Positions 36,608 to 46,092 of a stretch of 64,000 bases of DNA are shown piece by piece. How positions within the stretch are numbered: the stretch's first letter is position 1; every line of letters starts with the position of its first letter. Source of the DNA: an uncultured Acidobacteriaceae bacterium (GTDB lineage Bacteria > Acidobacteriota > Terriglobia > Terriglobales > Acidobacteriaceae). The stretch spans positions 601,975-665,974 of the forward strand of contig CAVSBF010000002.1 in assembly GCA_963726155.1 (NCBI GenBank). The letters are read 5' to 3'. Position numbers and translations under genes: made by a program. The notes beneath the pieces were generated by a model. The model saw nothing but the letters and a program-made list of their open reading frames with translations, did not search any database and was not told the DNA's origin.

Positions 36608-37365
36608 GCCGTGTGCTGGTCGTGGAAGACGAGGGCCACCTGGCGCAGGGGCTGTGCTTTAACCTGCAAGCTGAAGGATATTCAGCCGAGGTTGTGGGAG
36701 ATGGCGAGGCGGCCACGGATCGGTTGCTCGACAAGAAAGAGAACTTTGATGCTGTGGTTCTCGACATCATGTTGCCGGGCAAGGATGGTTTCAGCGTGGT
36801 TGCGGAACTGCGCGCCGCGCGGAATTATGTGCCCGTCCTCATGCTGACGGCACGCAGCCGTCCCGAAGATGTGTTGAAGGGATTTGCCGCGGGAGCTGAC
36901 GATTATCTTCCCAAACCTTTTGATCTGTCGATTCTGCTGGCGCGGCTACAGGGGTTGCTGCGTCGCAGTCAGTGGGTGAGCGGAGGCCAACCGGGGAGTG
37001 GCGCTCCGGGGAATCAGATCGCTTCTGACCGGGAGAGCAACGGCGACTTTGGAACTTTTTCGTTCTGCGGCAAAACCATCGACTTCGGCACGCTCGAATT
37101 GCGTACTGCCGACAATGTGATTCATTTGACATTGATGGAATCGGAATTGCTGCGGCATCTGGTGCGCAACGACGGGCGCGTAGTTTCGCGGAAGCAGATT
37201 CTGGAAGAAGTGTGGGGACTGCACGAAGATACTGACACTCGCGCCATCGACAACTTCATGGTGCGCTTGCGGCGCTATATTGAGGACGATCCCGGGCAGC
37301 CTCGGCACCTACTGACAGTGCGCGGGGTGGGATACCGCTTCCTGGCGAATCCGGAAAAGAAGTGA
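36604..37365 (+). CDS. OmpR/PhoB-family response regulator
   Basis: REC domain (VLVVEDE ... VVLDIMLPGKDGF ... LTAR ... KPF) and winged-helix C-terminus (TVRGVGYRF). An ATGA overlap joins it to the kinase gene. The linker is unusually long. Confidence 0.9.
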   Translation: MSRVLVVEDEGHLAQGLCFNLQAEGYSAEVVGDGEAATDRLLDKKENFDAVVLDIMLPGKDGFSVVAELRAARNYVPVLMLTARSRPEDVLKGFAAGADDYLPKPFDLSILLARLQGLLRRSQWVSGGQPGSGAPGNQIASDRESNGDFGTFSFCGKTIDFGTLELRTADNVIHLTLMESELLRHLVRNDGRVVSRKQILEEVWGLHEDTDTRAIDNFMVRLRRYIEDDPGQPRHLLTVRGVGYRFLANPEKK

Positions 37366-37519
37366 ATTTGGCTATCGGGAGGCGCCGCGCGGAAACTCAT
37401 CTCTGCCTCGTTTTCAGGGTCGTCCCCGTTAGTAGAATGAGTTTCACACAGAACTAATTTGCCTGCGCCGGGTTCTTACAGGGCATTGGCGATTCACACC
37501 TGGATTCGGCGGAATTAAC

Positions 37520-37768
37520 ATGAGCAAAATCATCAGCATCTGGAAAACGGGCGTAGGGTGGGCCAGGAATCTGCATCGAGACGCTGCCATCGATTCCTTG
37601 CGCAATGTGTTGGCCGTGGTGGGCGGCGCGACGATTCTGGCGGACTTCGGCACTATCAAGGCGTGGTTCATTCCGCCAATGCTTGGCCTGGCTTTTCTCA
37701 TCTGGTTCCTCGATTATGAGCGCCACTTTCGCGGACAGACGGTCGAAGAATCAAAGGTTGCGCGCTGA
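37520..37768 (+). CDS. possible small membrane protein (82 aa)
   Basis: Two hydrophobic segments (VLAVVGGATILADFG and FIPPMLGLAFLIWFL). The RBS is weak and no motif was recognised. Confidence 0.3.
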   Translation: MSKIISIWKTGVGWARNLHRDAAIDSLRNVLAVVGGATILADFGTIKAWFIPPMLGLAFLIWFLDYERHFRGQTVEESKVAR

Positions 37769-37797
37769 CGCAGTTCGGTTGTGTTGTGGTGGAAGGG

Positions 37798-39447
37798 TTA
37801 GGCTCGACAGAGTTCGGCGATCAGCGTCTCTCTTCGCTCCTGGGCAAAGCGATCCAAACGGTTAAGAACCACCGAGTAAATCGTCAGCGAAACTGCCGCC
37901 AGCAGCAGCAGGAGCAGCGCGGCGACCCAGGAGTTTCCCAGATAGCGAGCTGTCCAGAAAACACTCACTCCCACACCGACGACCACAATCTGCAATGCGA
38001 GGCTGATGAGTACGGTCATCTGGGAGGCGCGTTGGCGGCCGAATTTGGAGTAATCCAGCTTCTTTGGCGAGTACAGCGACAACATATTACCTACGGCAAA
38101 ATTCACGGGAGCGGCGAACAGCAACCCAGCCAGCGTGGCGACCCTGATGTCGAGCGCGGGTCTGCCATAGAGGAGAGTTACGGCAATCAAGGCGATGACG
38201 ATTTCGAAGCACAGAATGCTTGCATGCGTAAGATTTTTGCCCAGCACGATTTGGCGGAAACTTACCGGCGAGGCATAGAAGAATTGGATACCACCGGCAT
38301 CGCCGCCAAAGGTGTTGTAAACCAGATTCGTAAGCATGAGAAGCGTGTACGCGGCCGCAAGCGGGAATGCCAGATTTGGAGTACCAGCAACAAAATAGCC
38401 AGTGTGCCGGGCCGTATTCATCCCTCCAAAGCGGAAAACGAGCAGTGCAAAAATCGGCATAACCAGATTGAGCAACATGGGACCGCTGCGGAATAAATAG
38501 CGAACTTCTTTTTCGAAGACGGCAGCGACCGGACCCGGGAATCCAGGAAGCCTCCAACCCAGACGGAGTTGTCGATCGTGCGGCAGAGCGAACGCGGCGA
38601 TCGTCTCGTTGAGATTTTCGCCGTGATACTGGGCTAGCAGCCTAAGATGCAGGCCATAACCAATCAGGATTACGAAGCCACATAGCAGTGCGAGCGAACT
38701 GAGGGCAACCGGCCACTGCGGATAGATCGCTTGCACGATGGCATCGGCAGCGAGGCCCGGGGGAAGAATGGCCTGCACCGGAGCCAGAACGGCGACAACT
38801 CGCTGCACCTCCGGCCGGGCACGCGTGCCATAGCGTGTTAGCGGGCCGATCAGCTGAAAACTCAACATCAGTAGAACAAACAGAATGCCCATGATCTCGC
38901 GGGTGCGGCGCTGCGCCAGGAAGCGCTCCACCCAGGCGAAGACCATTTGCATCAAGAGGAGATTGAATGCGGCGAATGCCAGCAATACCAGAAGCGTCCA
39001 TGGCAGCAATGCGGCTTTCGCAAAGCTGACGCCGACCAGAACTCCACCCGTCCATAACGCCCCGATAGCGCTGGCTGGATCAAACGCACCGTAGGCGAGC
39101 CGCACTACGTAATACGAGGAGTAACGCAGCGGGAAACGCAGCAAGTCGGAGGAGTCCGGATTGTTGGTGAAGGCTGTCGACAGAATAGGGAAAAATTGCC
39201 AGAAGAAAAAAATGACCCACAACGGCACAGCCAGCAGTTGGGGCTTGCCTCGCATAAGGAAGAAATAGGCGAATGCGCCCATACCGAAAGCGCCGCCCAG
39301 TCCGAGGATGGTAAATGCGAACGAGACGAGAATGCGCGAGAGTAGTTCCCATTGACCACGAGCCGTGCGCAGAGTATTCACGAAGAGCCGCCAGCGGAGC
39401 CATGCGATGGCGGTGAGTTGACCGGAGTTTTGATTCGAGAACATCAT
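37798..39447 (-). CDS. polytopic membrane protein, putative ABC exporter permease
   Basis: 549 aa with about 12 hydrophobic helices. It lies downstream of an ABC ATPase gene on the same strand. Confidence 0.6.
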   Translation of the reverse strand: MMFSNQNSGQLTAIAWLRWRLFVNTLRTARGQWELLSRILVSFAFTILGLGGAFGMGAFAYFFLMRGKPQLLAVPLWVIFFFWQFFPILSTAFTNNPDSSDLLRFPLRYSSYYVVRLAYGAFDPASAIGALWTGGVLVGVSFAKAALLPWTLLVLLAFAAFNLLLMQMVFAWVERFLAQRRTREIMGILFVLLMLSFQLIGPLTRYGTRARPEVQRVVAVLAPVQAILPPGLAADAIVQAIYPQWPVALSSLALLCGFVILIGYGLHLRLLAQYHGENLNETIAAFALPHDRQLRLGWRLPGFPGPVAAVFEKEVRYLFRSGPMLLNLVMPIFALLVFRFGGMNTARHTGYFVAGTPNLAFPLAAAYTLLMLTNLVYNTFGGDAGGIQFFYASPVSFRQIVLGKNLTHASILCFEIVIALIAVTLLYGRPALDIRVATLAGLLFAAPVNFAVGNMLSLYSPKKLDYSKFGRQRASQMTVLISLALQIVVVGVGVSVFWTARYLGNSWVAALLLLLLAAVSLTIYSVVLNRLDRFAQERRETLIAELCRA

Positions 39448-39625
39448 TCCTAATTCTTAACCCTCGTCCCTATTCGGGCGCCGGCCGGTGATGAAGCGGA
39501 GATGCCAGCCTCGGATGGCGGGGGATCGTGACCTCGGTCATGAATGGACGTGAAGTCCCCCGCTGCTTCAACCGATATATCCTCAATAGACGATCGAAAT
39601 GCGATTCGACACAAGGTGAACGGAA

Positions 39626-39868
39626 ATGTCTGTAAGTGAAGAACTGCTCCTCTGGGATAGGCTCGTGCATCCCGTAATAAAGGTTCTGGATTTTGCATTC
39701 GGATGTCGTCATGCGAACTTGAGTCGGGTTTTCACCATTGCAGGCCGAAGCTATCAAGTCTGCTGTGATTGCGGAGCGAAGTTTGATTATTCGCTGCAAA
39801 ATATGTCGATCGTGCCTCGGCGCGTCTCCGCTCACGGATTGCGGCACTGGCGTATACGGCATATCTGA
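39626..39868 (+). CDS. small Cys/His-containing protein (80 aa), putative zinc-binding
   Basis: FGCRHANLSRVFTIAGRSYQVCCDCGAKFDYSL gives a CxH ... CxxC pattern. AAGGTGA lies upstream of the ATG. It is on the opposite strand from the flanking ABC genes. Confidence 0.45.
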   Translation: MSVSEELLLWDRLVHPVIKVLDFAFGCRHANLSRVFTIAGRSYQVCCDCGAKFDYSLQNMSIVPRRVSAHGLRHWRIRHI

Positions 39869-39917
39869 GATGTTTCCACAATTCTGTGGTCCAAGGCGCC
39901 ACGTTTATCCCAGACTT

Positions 39918-40736
39918 TTATCCCAGCCATGAGAGTTCCTGTTCCGCGTGGCGCGCTCCGCCCACGGTGCGCAGGAAAATCTGTTCCAGAGTTAGCTTCT
40001 GGCCGGCTGGTGTTGCGGGGCTATCGCTGCCCGTAGGCGAAGTCTGCGCTTCGACGCCGGCACGAAGTTCTTCGAGGGATCCCTGTGCGACCAGCCTGCC
40101 CTGATGAATGATGGCGACATGGCTGCACAGGCGCTCGACGATTTCGAGTACATGCGAGGTGAGAAAAACGGTGGCTCCGCGCGCGATCATGCCTTGCAGC
40201 ATCGCTTTCAGAGTTCCGGCGGCGATGGCGTCAATGCCCTCGAAGGGCTCGTCGAGAAATAAAACTTTCGGGCCGTGAATTACCGCGGCGGCCATTGCGA
40301 GTTTTTTCTGCATGCCGTGCGAATAATCCGTGATCAGTTTCTTGGGCTGATCTGCGAGTTGCATGAAGTCGAGCAGTTCGGTGGTGCGCTTTGCCGCGGT
40401 TTCACGATCCAGTCCATACATGCGACCGGCGAAATTCAGGAACTCGGCGCCCGTGAGGCGTCCAAAGAGCGCCATGCCTTCGGGAACGACGCCGATTTGC
40501 CTCTTCACTTCGACGGGATGTGCGATCAGATCGAGCCCAAGGATTTCGATTCTTCCCGCGCTAGGTGCGAGCAAACCCGTGAGCATTTTGATCGTAGTTG
40601 ATTTGCCTGCACCATTAGGGCCGAGGAAGCCGAAGAACTGCCCTGGAGAAACGCGCAGCTCGACGCCGTCCACGGCGACGAGATCTCCGAAGCGGCGAGT
40701 CAGTCCCTGGGTGATGATGGTGGCAGCAGCATCCAT
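39918..40736 (-). CDS. ABC transporter ATP-binding protein
   Basis: Walker A GPNGAGKST, signature YSHGMQKKLAMAAA, Walker B VLFLDEPFEGID and H-loop LTSHVL. The ATG at 40736 gives the typical N-terminus. Confidence 0.9.
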   Translation of the reverse strand: MDAAATIITQGLTRRFGDLVAVDGVELRVSPGQFFGFLGPNGAGKSTTIKMLTGLLAPSAGRIEILGLDLIAHPVEVKRQIGVVPEGMALFGRLTGAEFLNFAGRMYGLDRETAAKRTTELLDFMQLADQPKKLITDYSHGMQKKLAMAAAVIHGPKVLFLDEPFEGIDAIAAGTLKAMLQGMIARGATVFLTSHVLEIVERLCSHVAIIHQGRLVAQGSLEELRAGVEAQTSPTGSDSPATPAGQKLTLEQIFLRTVGGARHAEQELSWLG

Positions 40737-40845
40737 GAAGAATTCGAGCCTAGCATAGGGCGCTTTCAATGCGGAATGCCTTCTTCGTAACACAACAACG
40801 CCCTGGCTTTGGGACCAGGGCGTTGTTGGGCGGAACAGCAGCAAT

Positions 40846-42276
40846 CTAAAACAGGTTCCACAGGAACTGGTTGTAGACGTCGTGGTGATACTGCACCTCC
40901 GGCGCTTTCACGAAGGTTCCCAGCAGACGCGGACAACGATCTGCGGCAGCCTGTTTAAGGTCGGCGTAACGCCCCTTCACATCTTCGCCGAGAATTTCCG
41001 TCGTCCACTTCGAGTTGCGGAAATTCTCGAGCGCGGTATAGATGTTGTCGGGAAGATAGCGTTCGGCTTGGCGCAGGTTCTTGATCTTCGAAGTGTCGCC
41101 ATCGAGTCCGGTCTTGAAGATGGAATAGAGAACCAGATAAGGATTCGCATCCGGAGCTACGGAGCGCACTTCTACTCGCATACTTTTCTCGTTTCCGATT
41201 GGAACACGGATCATCGATCCGCGGTCCACAGCCGATGCTTTGATCTGATTCGGTGCCTCGAAGTGGGGGTCGAGACGGCGATAAGCATTTACGCTGGCGT
41301 TCAGCAACAAACAGATGTCGTTGCCGTGGGTGAGGATGCGATCGATAAAGGCCCACCCAGTCTTGCTAAGTTTCTCTTCGCCCTTCGCGTCCCAGAATAA
41401 GTTCTTGCCGTCATCGCTGACGGAGACGTTGGTGTGCATGCCGCTGCCGTTCACTCCGACTACGGGCTTTGGCAGGAATGACGCGGTGAATCCCAGGTTG
41501 GTCGCCACCTGTCGGCAGATCAGCTTGTAGAGCTGAATCTGATCCGCTGCCGCCACGACTTCGCCATAACCGTAATTAATTTCGAACTGTGACGGTGCAA
41601 CTTCGGGATGGTCTTTTTCGTTCTGAAAGCCCATAGCACGCTGCACTTCGGCCGTTGTGTCGATGAATGTGCGCAGCGGATCACCAGGAAGGGAGTGATA
41701 ATATCCGCCAGTGTTCACGTATTCGAACTTGCCGGTTTCGTGGTAGTTTCGCTCCGCGTCCGCGCCTTTGAACAGAAAGCCTTCGATCTCATTAGCGGCG
41801 TTAAGCGTGTAGCCTTTCTTCTTGTGCAGATCGCCGGCAAAGCTTTTTAATACGCCGCGAATATCGGCGCTGTAGGGTGTACCGCCTTTGTCGATGACTT
41901 CGCCGAACACCAGCACTTTTCCGGAGCCGAACACATCCGCCGGAGCCCAATAGAACGCGCTCCAATCGATGCCGAGGCGAAGATCGCTTTCGCGCTGCGC
42001 GGTGAAGCCGCGTATCGATGATCCATCGAAAGTGAGGTTGTCCCAGCTCTTGATGAGAAATTTCTTGTCGTAGTCCAGCATGTGCAGCCGGCCTTCGAGA
42101 TCGCTGAAGAGTACGGTGACGGCTTTGATCCGCTTCTCGTCGGTTAAATACTTCAGCCGATGCTCCTGGATCTTGTCGACTGCGACGCGATTCTTGCGTT
42201 GCTCCTTGGCTTCGAGGTTCAGTTCTTCCAGTTCGTCATAGGTAAGGGCCAGAAAATTGCGAAGTTCATTAGGCAT
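40846..42276 (-). CDS. glnA: glutamine synthetase family protein
   Basis: VLFSDLEGRLH (beta-grasp), FLPKPVVGVNGSGMHTNVS, NAYRRL and ASAVDRGSMIRVP are GS catalytic-domain motifs. 476 aa. Confidence 0.85.
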   Translation of the reverse strand: MPNELRNFLALTYDELEELNLEAKEQRKNRVAVDKIQEHRLKYLTDEKRIKAVTVLFSDLEGRLHMLDYDKKFLIKSWDNLTFDGSSIRGFTAQRESDLRLGIDWSAFYWAPADVFGSGKVLVFGEVIDKGGTPYSADIRGVLKSFAGDLHKKKGYTLNAANEIEGFLFKGADAERNYHETGKFEYVNTGGYYHSLPGDPLRTFIDTTAEVQRAMGFQNEKDHPEVAPSQFEINYGYGEVVAAADQIQLYKLICRQVATNLGFTASFLPKPVVGVNGSGMHTNVSVSDDGKNLFWDAKGEEKLSKTGWAFIDRILTHGNDICLLLNASVNAYRRLDPHFEAPNQIKASAVDRGSMIRVPIGNEKSMRVEVRSVAPDANPYLVLYSIFKTGLDGDTSKIKNLRQAERYLPDNIYTALENFRNSKWTTEILGEDVKGRYADLKQAAADRCPRLLGTFVKAPEVQYHHDVYNQFLWNLF

Positions 42277-42449
42277 GGATGGTCTTCAGTCTCCTTCGTG
42301 ATCGCAAATAATGATTTCAGCAAGTAACGCCAGCGAAACATGGAGTTGAAATGGCTGGGGAGTACCGGAAAGAATATCGCGAGTCTGGACCGCCGACAAT
42401 CGAAAAAGCAGATGCGAGGCAGAAGCAAATCTGTTCGGCAAAACCCAGA

Positions 42450-43460
42450 CTACCGTACGCCTAGCCCCGTTCCGGGCATCATGCGGATGATTACGCCCAG
42501 CGCGGTTAGCACCGCGATGTAATAAACGGTGATGCCGCGGCTGGAATGGGTCGGCAGGTCTTTGGCGAAGAAGACTTGATAGGCTGCGCCCAGGGCCACC
42601 AGAAGAAACATGTTTTCGCCCAGCACCAGCCACAGACCCAGACACGCCGCCAGCAGGACTGCGCGCTCCAGCTTGTTTAAGGCGAGCACGGCCTGGCCGC
42701 CATCCAGAATCCAGAGAGGAACCAGATTCAGCAGATTCAATACAGCACCCACCCGCGCCAGTGCTGCCCAGAGGGGACTGCCCGTCTGCCACCACAAAGC
42801 GGCGCATGCTACTGCCACAAAGAATCCTGCCAGCGGTCCGGCCAGGCTGATCGCCGCTCGCGTCTCCAAGGGCACGCCCAAAGCTTGCCAGCGGACGTAG
42901 GCTCCCAGGCCGGGCAAAAATACCGGCATTTCCGCAGGCAAGCCGCGGCGCTTGATGTCGATGAAGTGTCCCATCTCGTGAAGCAGAATCAGCATCGCGA
43001 AGCCGATGCCGAATTTCATTCCCCATGCGGCCCAATAAATTCCGATGAAAGCGGCAAAGCTTAGCAGGAATTTCAACTTGGTAAGCGCGAGCAGAACCGT
43101 CTTGGCTTTGGCCAGTAAGATCGCGATCGGACCGACCGGTCCCAGGCGCTTGGCCCATTTGTTTTGCGACGGCTCAGGAATCTGCGCCCGATTGGCTGCA
43201 ACCTCAAGCGCGTGAGCGTGATCTCTGATCCACTGATATTGCTTCGAAGAACTCGGCAAAAGATTCAAGCTGGCAAGCCATCGCTCCCGTGCCTGTTGCA
43301 AGTCTCCTTTAGCTTCGAGGTCTTTAGCCTCGCTCGCCAGGCGAACCAGTTCCTGGGAATGGACGATCGCATGGCATTTGTCGCACACAAGTGTGTCTGG
43401 CGCTAGATTGCTTCCGCAGTTGGTGCAGTTTCGGATGAGCTCAGGAGTGAGGGAAGGCAC
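42450..43460 (-). CDS. M50-family (site-2 protease-like) membrane metalloprotease with N-terminal zinc ribbon
   Basis: CTNCGSNL ... CDKCHAIVH, then the HExxH motif LLHEMGHFI and multiple TM helices. GTG start. Confidence 0.75.
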   Translation of the reverse strand: MPSLTPELIRNCTNCGSNLAPDTLVCDKCHAIVHSQELVRLASEAKDLEAKGDLQQARERWLASLNLLPSSSKQYQWIRDHAHALEVAANRAQIPEPSQNKWAKRLGPVGPIAILLAKAKTVLLALTKLKFLLSFAAFIGIYWAAWGMKFGIGFAMLILLHEMGHFIDIKRRGLPAEMPVFLPGLGAYVRWQALGVPLETRAAISLAGPLAGFFVAVACAALWWQTGSPLWAALARVGAVLNLLNLVPLWILDGGQAVLALNKLERAVLLAACLGLWLVLGENMFLLVALGAAYQVFFAKDLPTHSSRGITVYYIAVLTALGVIIRMMPGTGLGVR

Positions 43461-43517
43461 GATTCGTCATCTTAAAACGTTTACGCTTCTCAGCCGCTGC
43501 TATCGCTGCGATGCGAG

Positions 43518-44609
43518 TCAAGGTTGAGCGTAATACCCAGTGCGGGTGCGCGCTTTTGTTCCTGGCTTGTCCACTTTTACTTCGATCGCATGGTACTCGT
43601 TGGCATGGTCTGCGTGCGCGGCTTCGAAGGAGAGAACGTAAAAAGCCTCAGCGTCGGCGGTGCACTTCGCGATTTCCCCGGTGATGTCATTGCTGGCATT
43701 GAGGACGCGTCCGCCACTTTGAACTGCCAGCACCTGCAGGCTAAGATCAGCAGCCTGCGACCTGCTGGCAAACGGCACACCCTTTAAGAATTCTTGATAA
43801 TAGGAAATACGTACGCCTCCAGCGTCTGCCAGGCCGAGTGGATCGATGCTATACAGGGTTACGTTGGCCGCTCGCAGTTGGTCGGAGAGAGCCACAATCG
43901 AGTTGAAGAATCCCTCTTCATCTTTGCGGGTGTATTCAATACTCGGTCCCGTGAGCAAAGGCCATCCGGGACTGAACCAGATCATCAGCTTCCTGCCGGG
44001 CTGTTTTGCTTCGTACGCTGCAAGAGAGGTGAGCGTGCGAAGCGACAATGTGAAACGATCGGCCGCACCGTAGAAGCCTTGGGACCGATTAATAATCCGC
44101 AGTCCAGTTTCATATTGGTCGTATAACGCTGCCAGGGCGTTGCCATCGCGAGAAGAACCCTGTTGTATGCGCGTCCCAGTATCGGCAAAGACGACGAGAG
44201 ACACTGGCTGGGCGAGTTTGCCGCCATTCTGCAGCAGAAATTTCTTCAACTCATTTCGCTCGTAAGTGACGGCCTGGAAAGAGGCGTTGACCGCATCCAC
44301 GACCAGAACGATCTCCACCGGCGGAGCTGCCGCCGGTTCATCTACCGCTTTGAACGAGAGAATGTTCTCCGGGCGCTTGTCGTCCAGAACTGTGAAGTCT
44401 CCCTTCTGCAATCCCCGAACCGGCGCATCAGATTTGTCGGTGACCTGAACCGTGAGCTCAATTTGCCTTTCTGAGCCCGGAGGAGATGGAGCTTTTTCCG
44501 GTTCGGCCGGCCGAGGTTGAAGCTGGGGCGGGGGAGTATTTTGTGCCCACGAAAGAGAGCTTAGCGAGACAGAAAGCGTTGCAAAGAAGACTAAAAGCAA
44601 TCGACACAT
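43518..44609 (-). CDS. VWA-domain protein, TIGR03436 (acidobacterial VWFA-related) type
   Basis: Signal peptide, then ELTVQVTDKSDAPVRGLQKGDFTVLDDKRPENILSF, then a VWA-like LVVDAVNAS ... Confidence 0.7.
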   Translation of the reverse strand: MCRLLLVFFATLSVSLSSLSWAQNTPPPQLQPRPAEPEKAPSPPGSERQIELTVQVTDKSDAPVRGLQKGDFTVLDDKRPENILSFKAVDEPAAAPPVEIVLVVDAVNASFQAVTYERNELKKFLLQNGGKLAQPVSLVVFADTGTRIQQGSSRDGNALAALYDQYETGLRIINRSQGFYGAADRFTLSLRTLTSLAAYEAKQPGRKLMIWFSPGWPLLTGPSIEYTRKDEEGFFNSIVALSDQLRAANVTLYSIDPLGLADAGGVRISYYQEFLKGVPFASRSQAADLSLQVLAVQSGGRVLNASNDITGEIAKCTADAEAFYVLSFEAAHADHANEYHAIEVKVDKPGTKARTRTGYYAQP

Positions 44610-44678
44610 AAGCTCACCTTGAATGGGGAGTTCTTGCTTTCACCGAACACTCTAACAGATGGGGGAACCGAGAGGCCT

Positions 44679-45338
44679 CTACTGACGGTGGGTTGAAGCT
44701 CCTGCGGCAATCTCGCGGAGCGCGCTCACGAATTCTGCCGCTACATGGGGATCAGCTAACGCTTCCAGAATCACTGTGGCGGAGAATTGCGGGGACTCCG
44801 GGCGGAAGTGCACTTGTAGAATATCCTGCCGGCGCGCCGACATCAGCGCATTCAATTCAGCCGAGGGGTCCCTCTTCCAGTGCGTTCTCGTAGTTAGGAT
44901 GACCGGCCCAGGTTCGTAAATATCCCACTCGCGGTTGTCTTGCGTCCGAGCAGATATACCTCGGTTGCGAGCGCACCAACGATGGCGCACCACTTCCAGC
45001 CGGAAGCTTGGCGAACTGTCCAAATCGGCTTCGAAGGTTAACGTTTCTTTCTGCTTGTGCCAGCAGCTGATCAACCACTGAATGGGCAGAGCGCGAGGCT
45101 GAAATTTTACGGTCACACAAGCATTCTCAAACCAACGGGAAGGGAAATGCAGCCGAGCCTGCAGGCGCGAGGTTCCCATCCAGCGCGATTCCAGGATTCG
45201 GCCCTTACCGGCGCAAGCGGTTTGGACCCAGCGCAACGCCGTCGCGCCTTTTTTTCGGTTGTAGTGAGAGAACACGACGTACCACAGCCCCAGAATGGCG
45301 ACCGAACAGACAACGTCAATCAGCAGAAGGCGCCCCAC
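44679..45338 (-). CDS. hypothetical protein with N-terminal membrane anchor
   Basis: 219 aa with a GTG start and one N-terminal TM helix. No motif recognised. Confidence 0.5.
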   Translation of the reverse strand: MGRLLLIDVVCSVAILGLWYVVFSHYNRKKGATALRWVQTACAGKGRILESRWMGTSRLQARLHFPSRWFENACVTVKFQPRALPIQWLISCWHKQKETLTFEADLDSSPSFRLEVVRHRWCARNRGISARTQDNREWDIYEPGPVILTTRTHWKRDPSAELNALMSARRQDILQVHFRPESPQFSATVILEALADPHVAAEFVSALREIAAGASTHRQ

Positions 45339-45511
45339 AACGCTCCTCTAGATGCTCATGGTACGTCCGGGGTTGCGGACGAAGCAAGGGGCAATCGCCT
45401 GAATTTTCGTCCCGTGAAAGTCAGGATGATGAACCTGTGGAAATCCCGGAGCAAAATGCTCTACGGGAGCGGAATTGGTTTCGGGCATGCTGCTCGCGGC
45501 TACAATGGCTC

Positions 45512-46036
45512 GTGCCTTTCATCATTCGCGAGTTCCTGCCTTCCGACTTCGACACTCTTTGGAAAATTGACCAAACTTGTTTTGCTGCAGGCATTTCCTA
45601 TACGCGAACGGAACTAAGACTTTACATGCGGCGCCGGGCGGCCTTCACGCTAGTAGCGGCCAGCCAGGAATCTGCGAAGTCGGACGATTCGCCTTCGGCC
45701 ACGAAAACGTGTCAGAATTTGCCGGCGTCCGGCCCGTCGGACGGCGCCATCGCGGGCTTCATTATCGCGGAAGCCGGTGCGCGCGCCCGCGGCCATATCA
45801 TTACGATCGACGTGATTGCTTCCGTTCGCCGGGCTGGGGTTGGATCTCTGCTGCTCCGCGCCGCGGAAGACCGCTTAATCTCGGTCGAATGCCGTTCGGT
45901 AGAGCTGGAGACTGCCGTCGATAATCTGTCCGCAATATCTTTTTACAAGCGGCACGGTTTCAGCGTGATAAAAACCTTCCCTCGCTACTATTCAAACGGG
46001 ATGGACGCACTCGTTCTGGAAAAGACTCTGGTTTAG
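45512..46036 (+). CDS. GNAT-family N-acetyltransferase (RimI-like)
   Basis: IIREFLPSDFDTLWKID ..., acetyl-CoA motif VRRAGVGSLLL, and NLSAISFYKRHGF. The GTG at 45512 is preferred; the GTG at 45437 is also possible. Confidence 0.7.
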   Translation: MPFIIREFLPSDFDTLWKIDQTCFAAGISYTRTELRLYMRRRAAFTLVAASQESAKSDDSPSATKTCQNLPASGPSDGAIAGFIIAEAGARARGHIITIDVIASVRRAGVGSLLLRAAEDRLISVECRSVELETAVDNLSAISFYKRHGFSVIKTFPRYYSNGMDALVLEKTLV

Positions 46037-46092
46037 CGGAAGTCTTGCCGAATCGATTTGCCTTCCGCGCTCTCTCCAGCTACCTTGCCTTG

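Noticed and set aside
39470-39862. 130-aa minus-strand ORF between the ABC genes
   Set aside because: Its His/Arg/Pro-rich composition has no motifs. The opposite-strand 80-aa Cys/His ORF looks more protein-like, though neither is proven.
42286-43158. 290-aa alternative-frame ORF overlapping the M50 protease gene on the same strand
   Set aside because: Its Arg/Gly/Ser-rich composition is typical of an off-frame GC-rich translation. The other frame carries HEMGH and TM helices.
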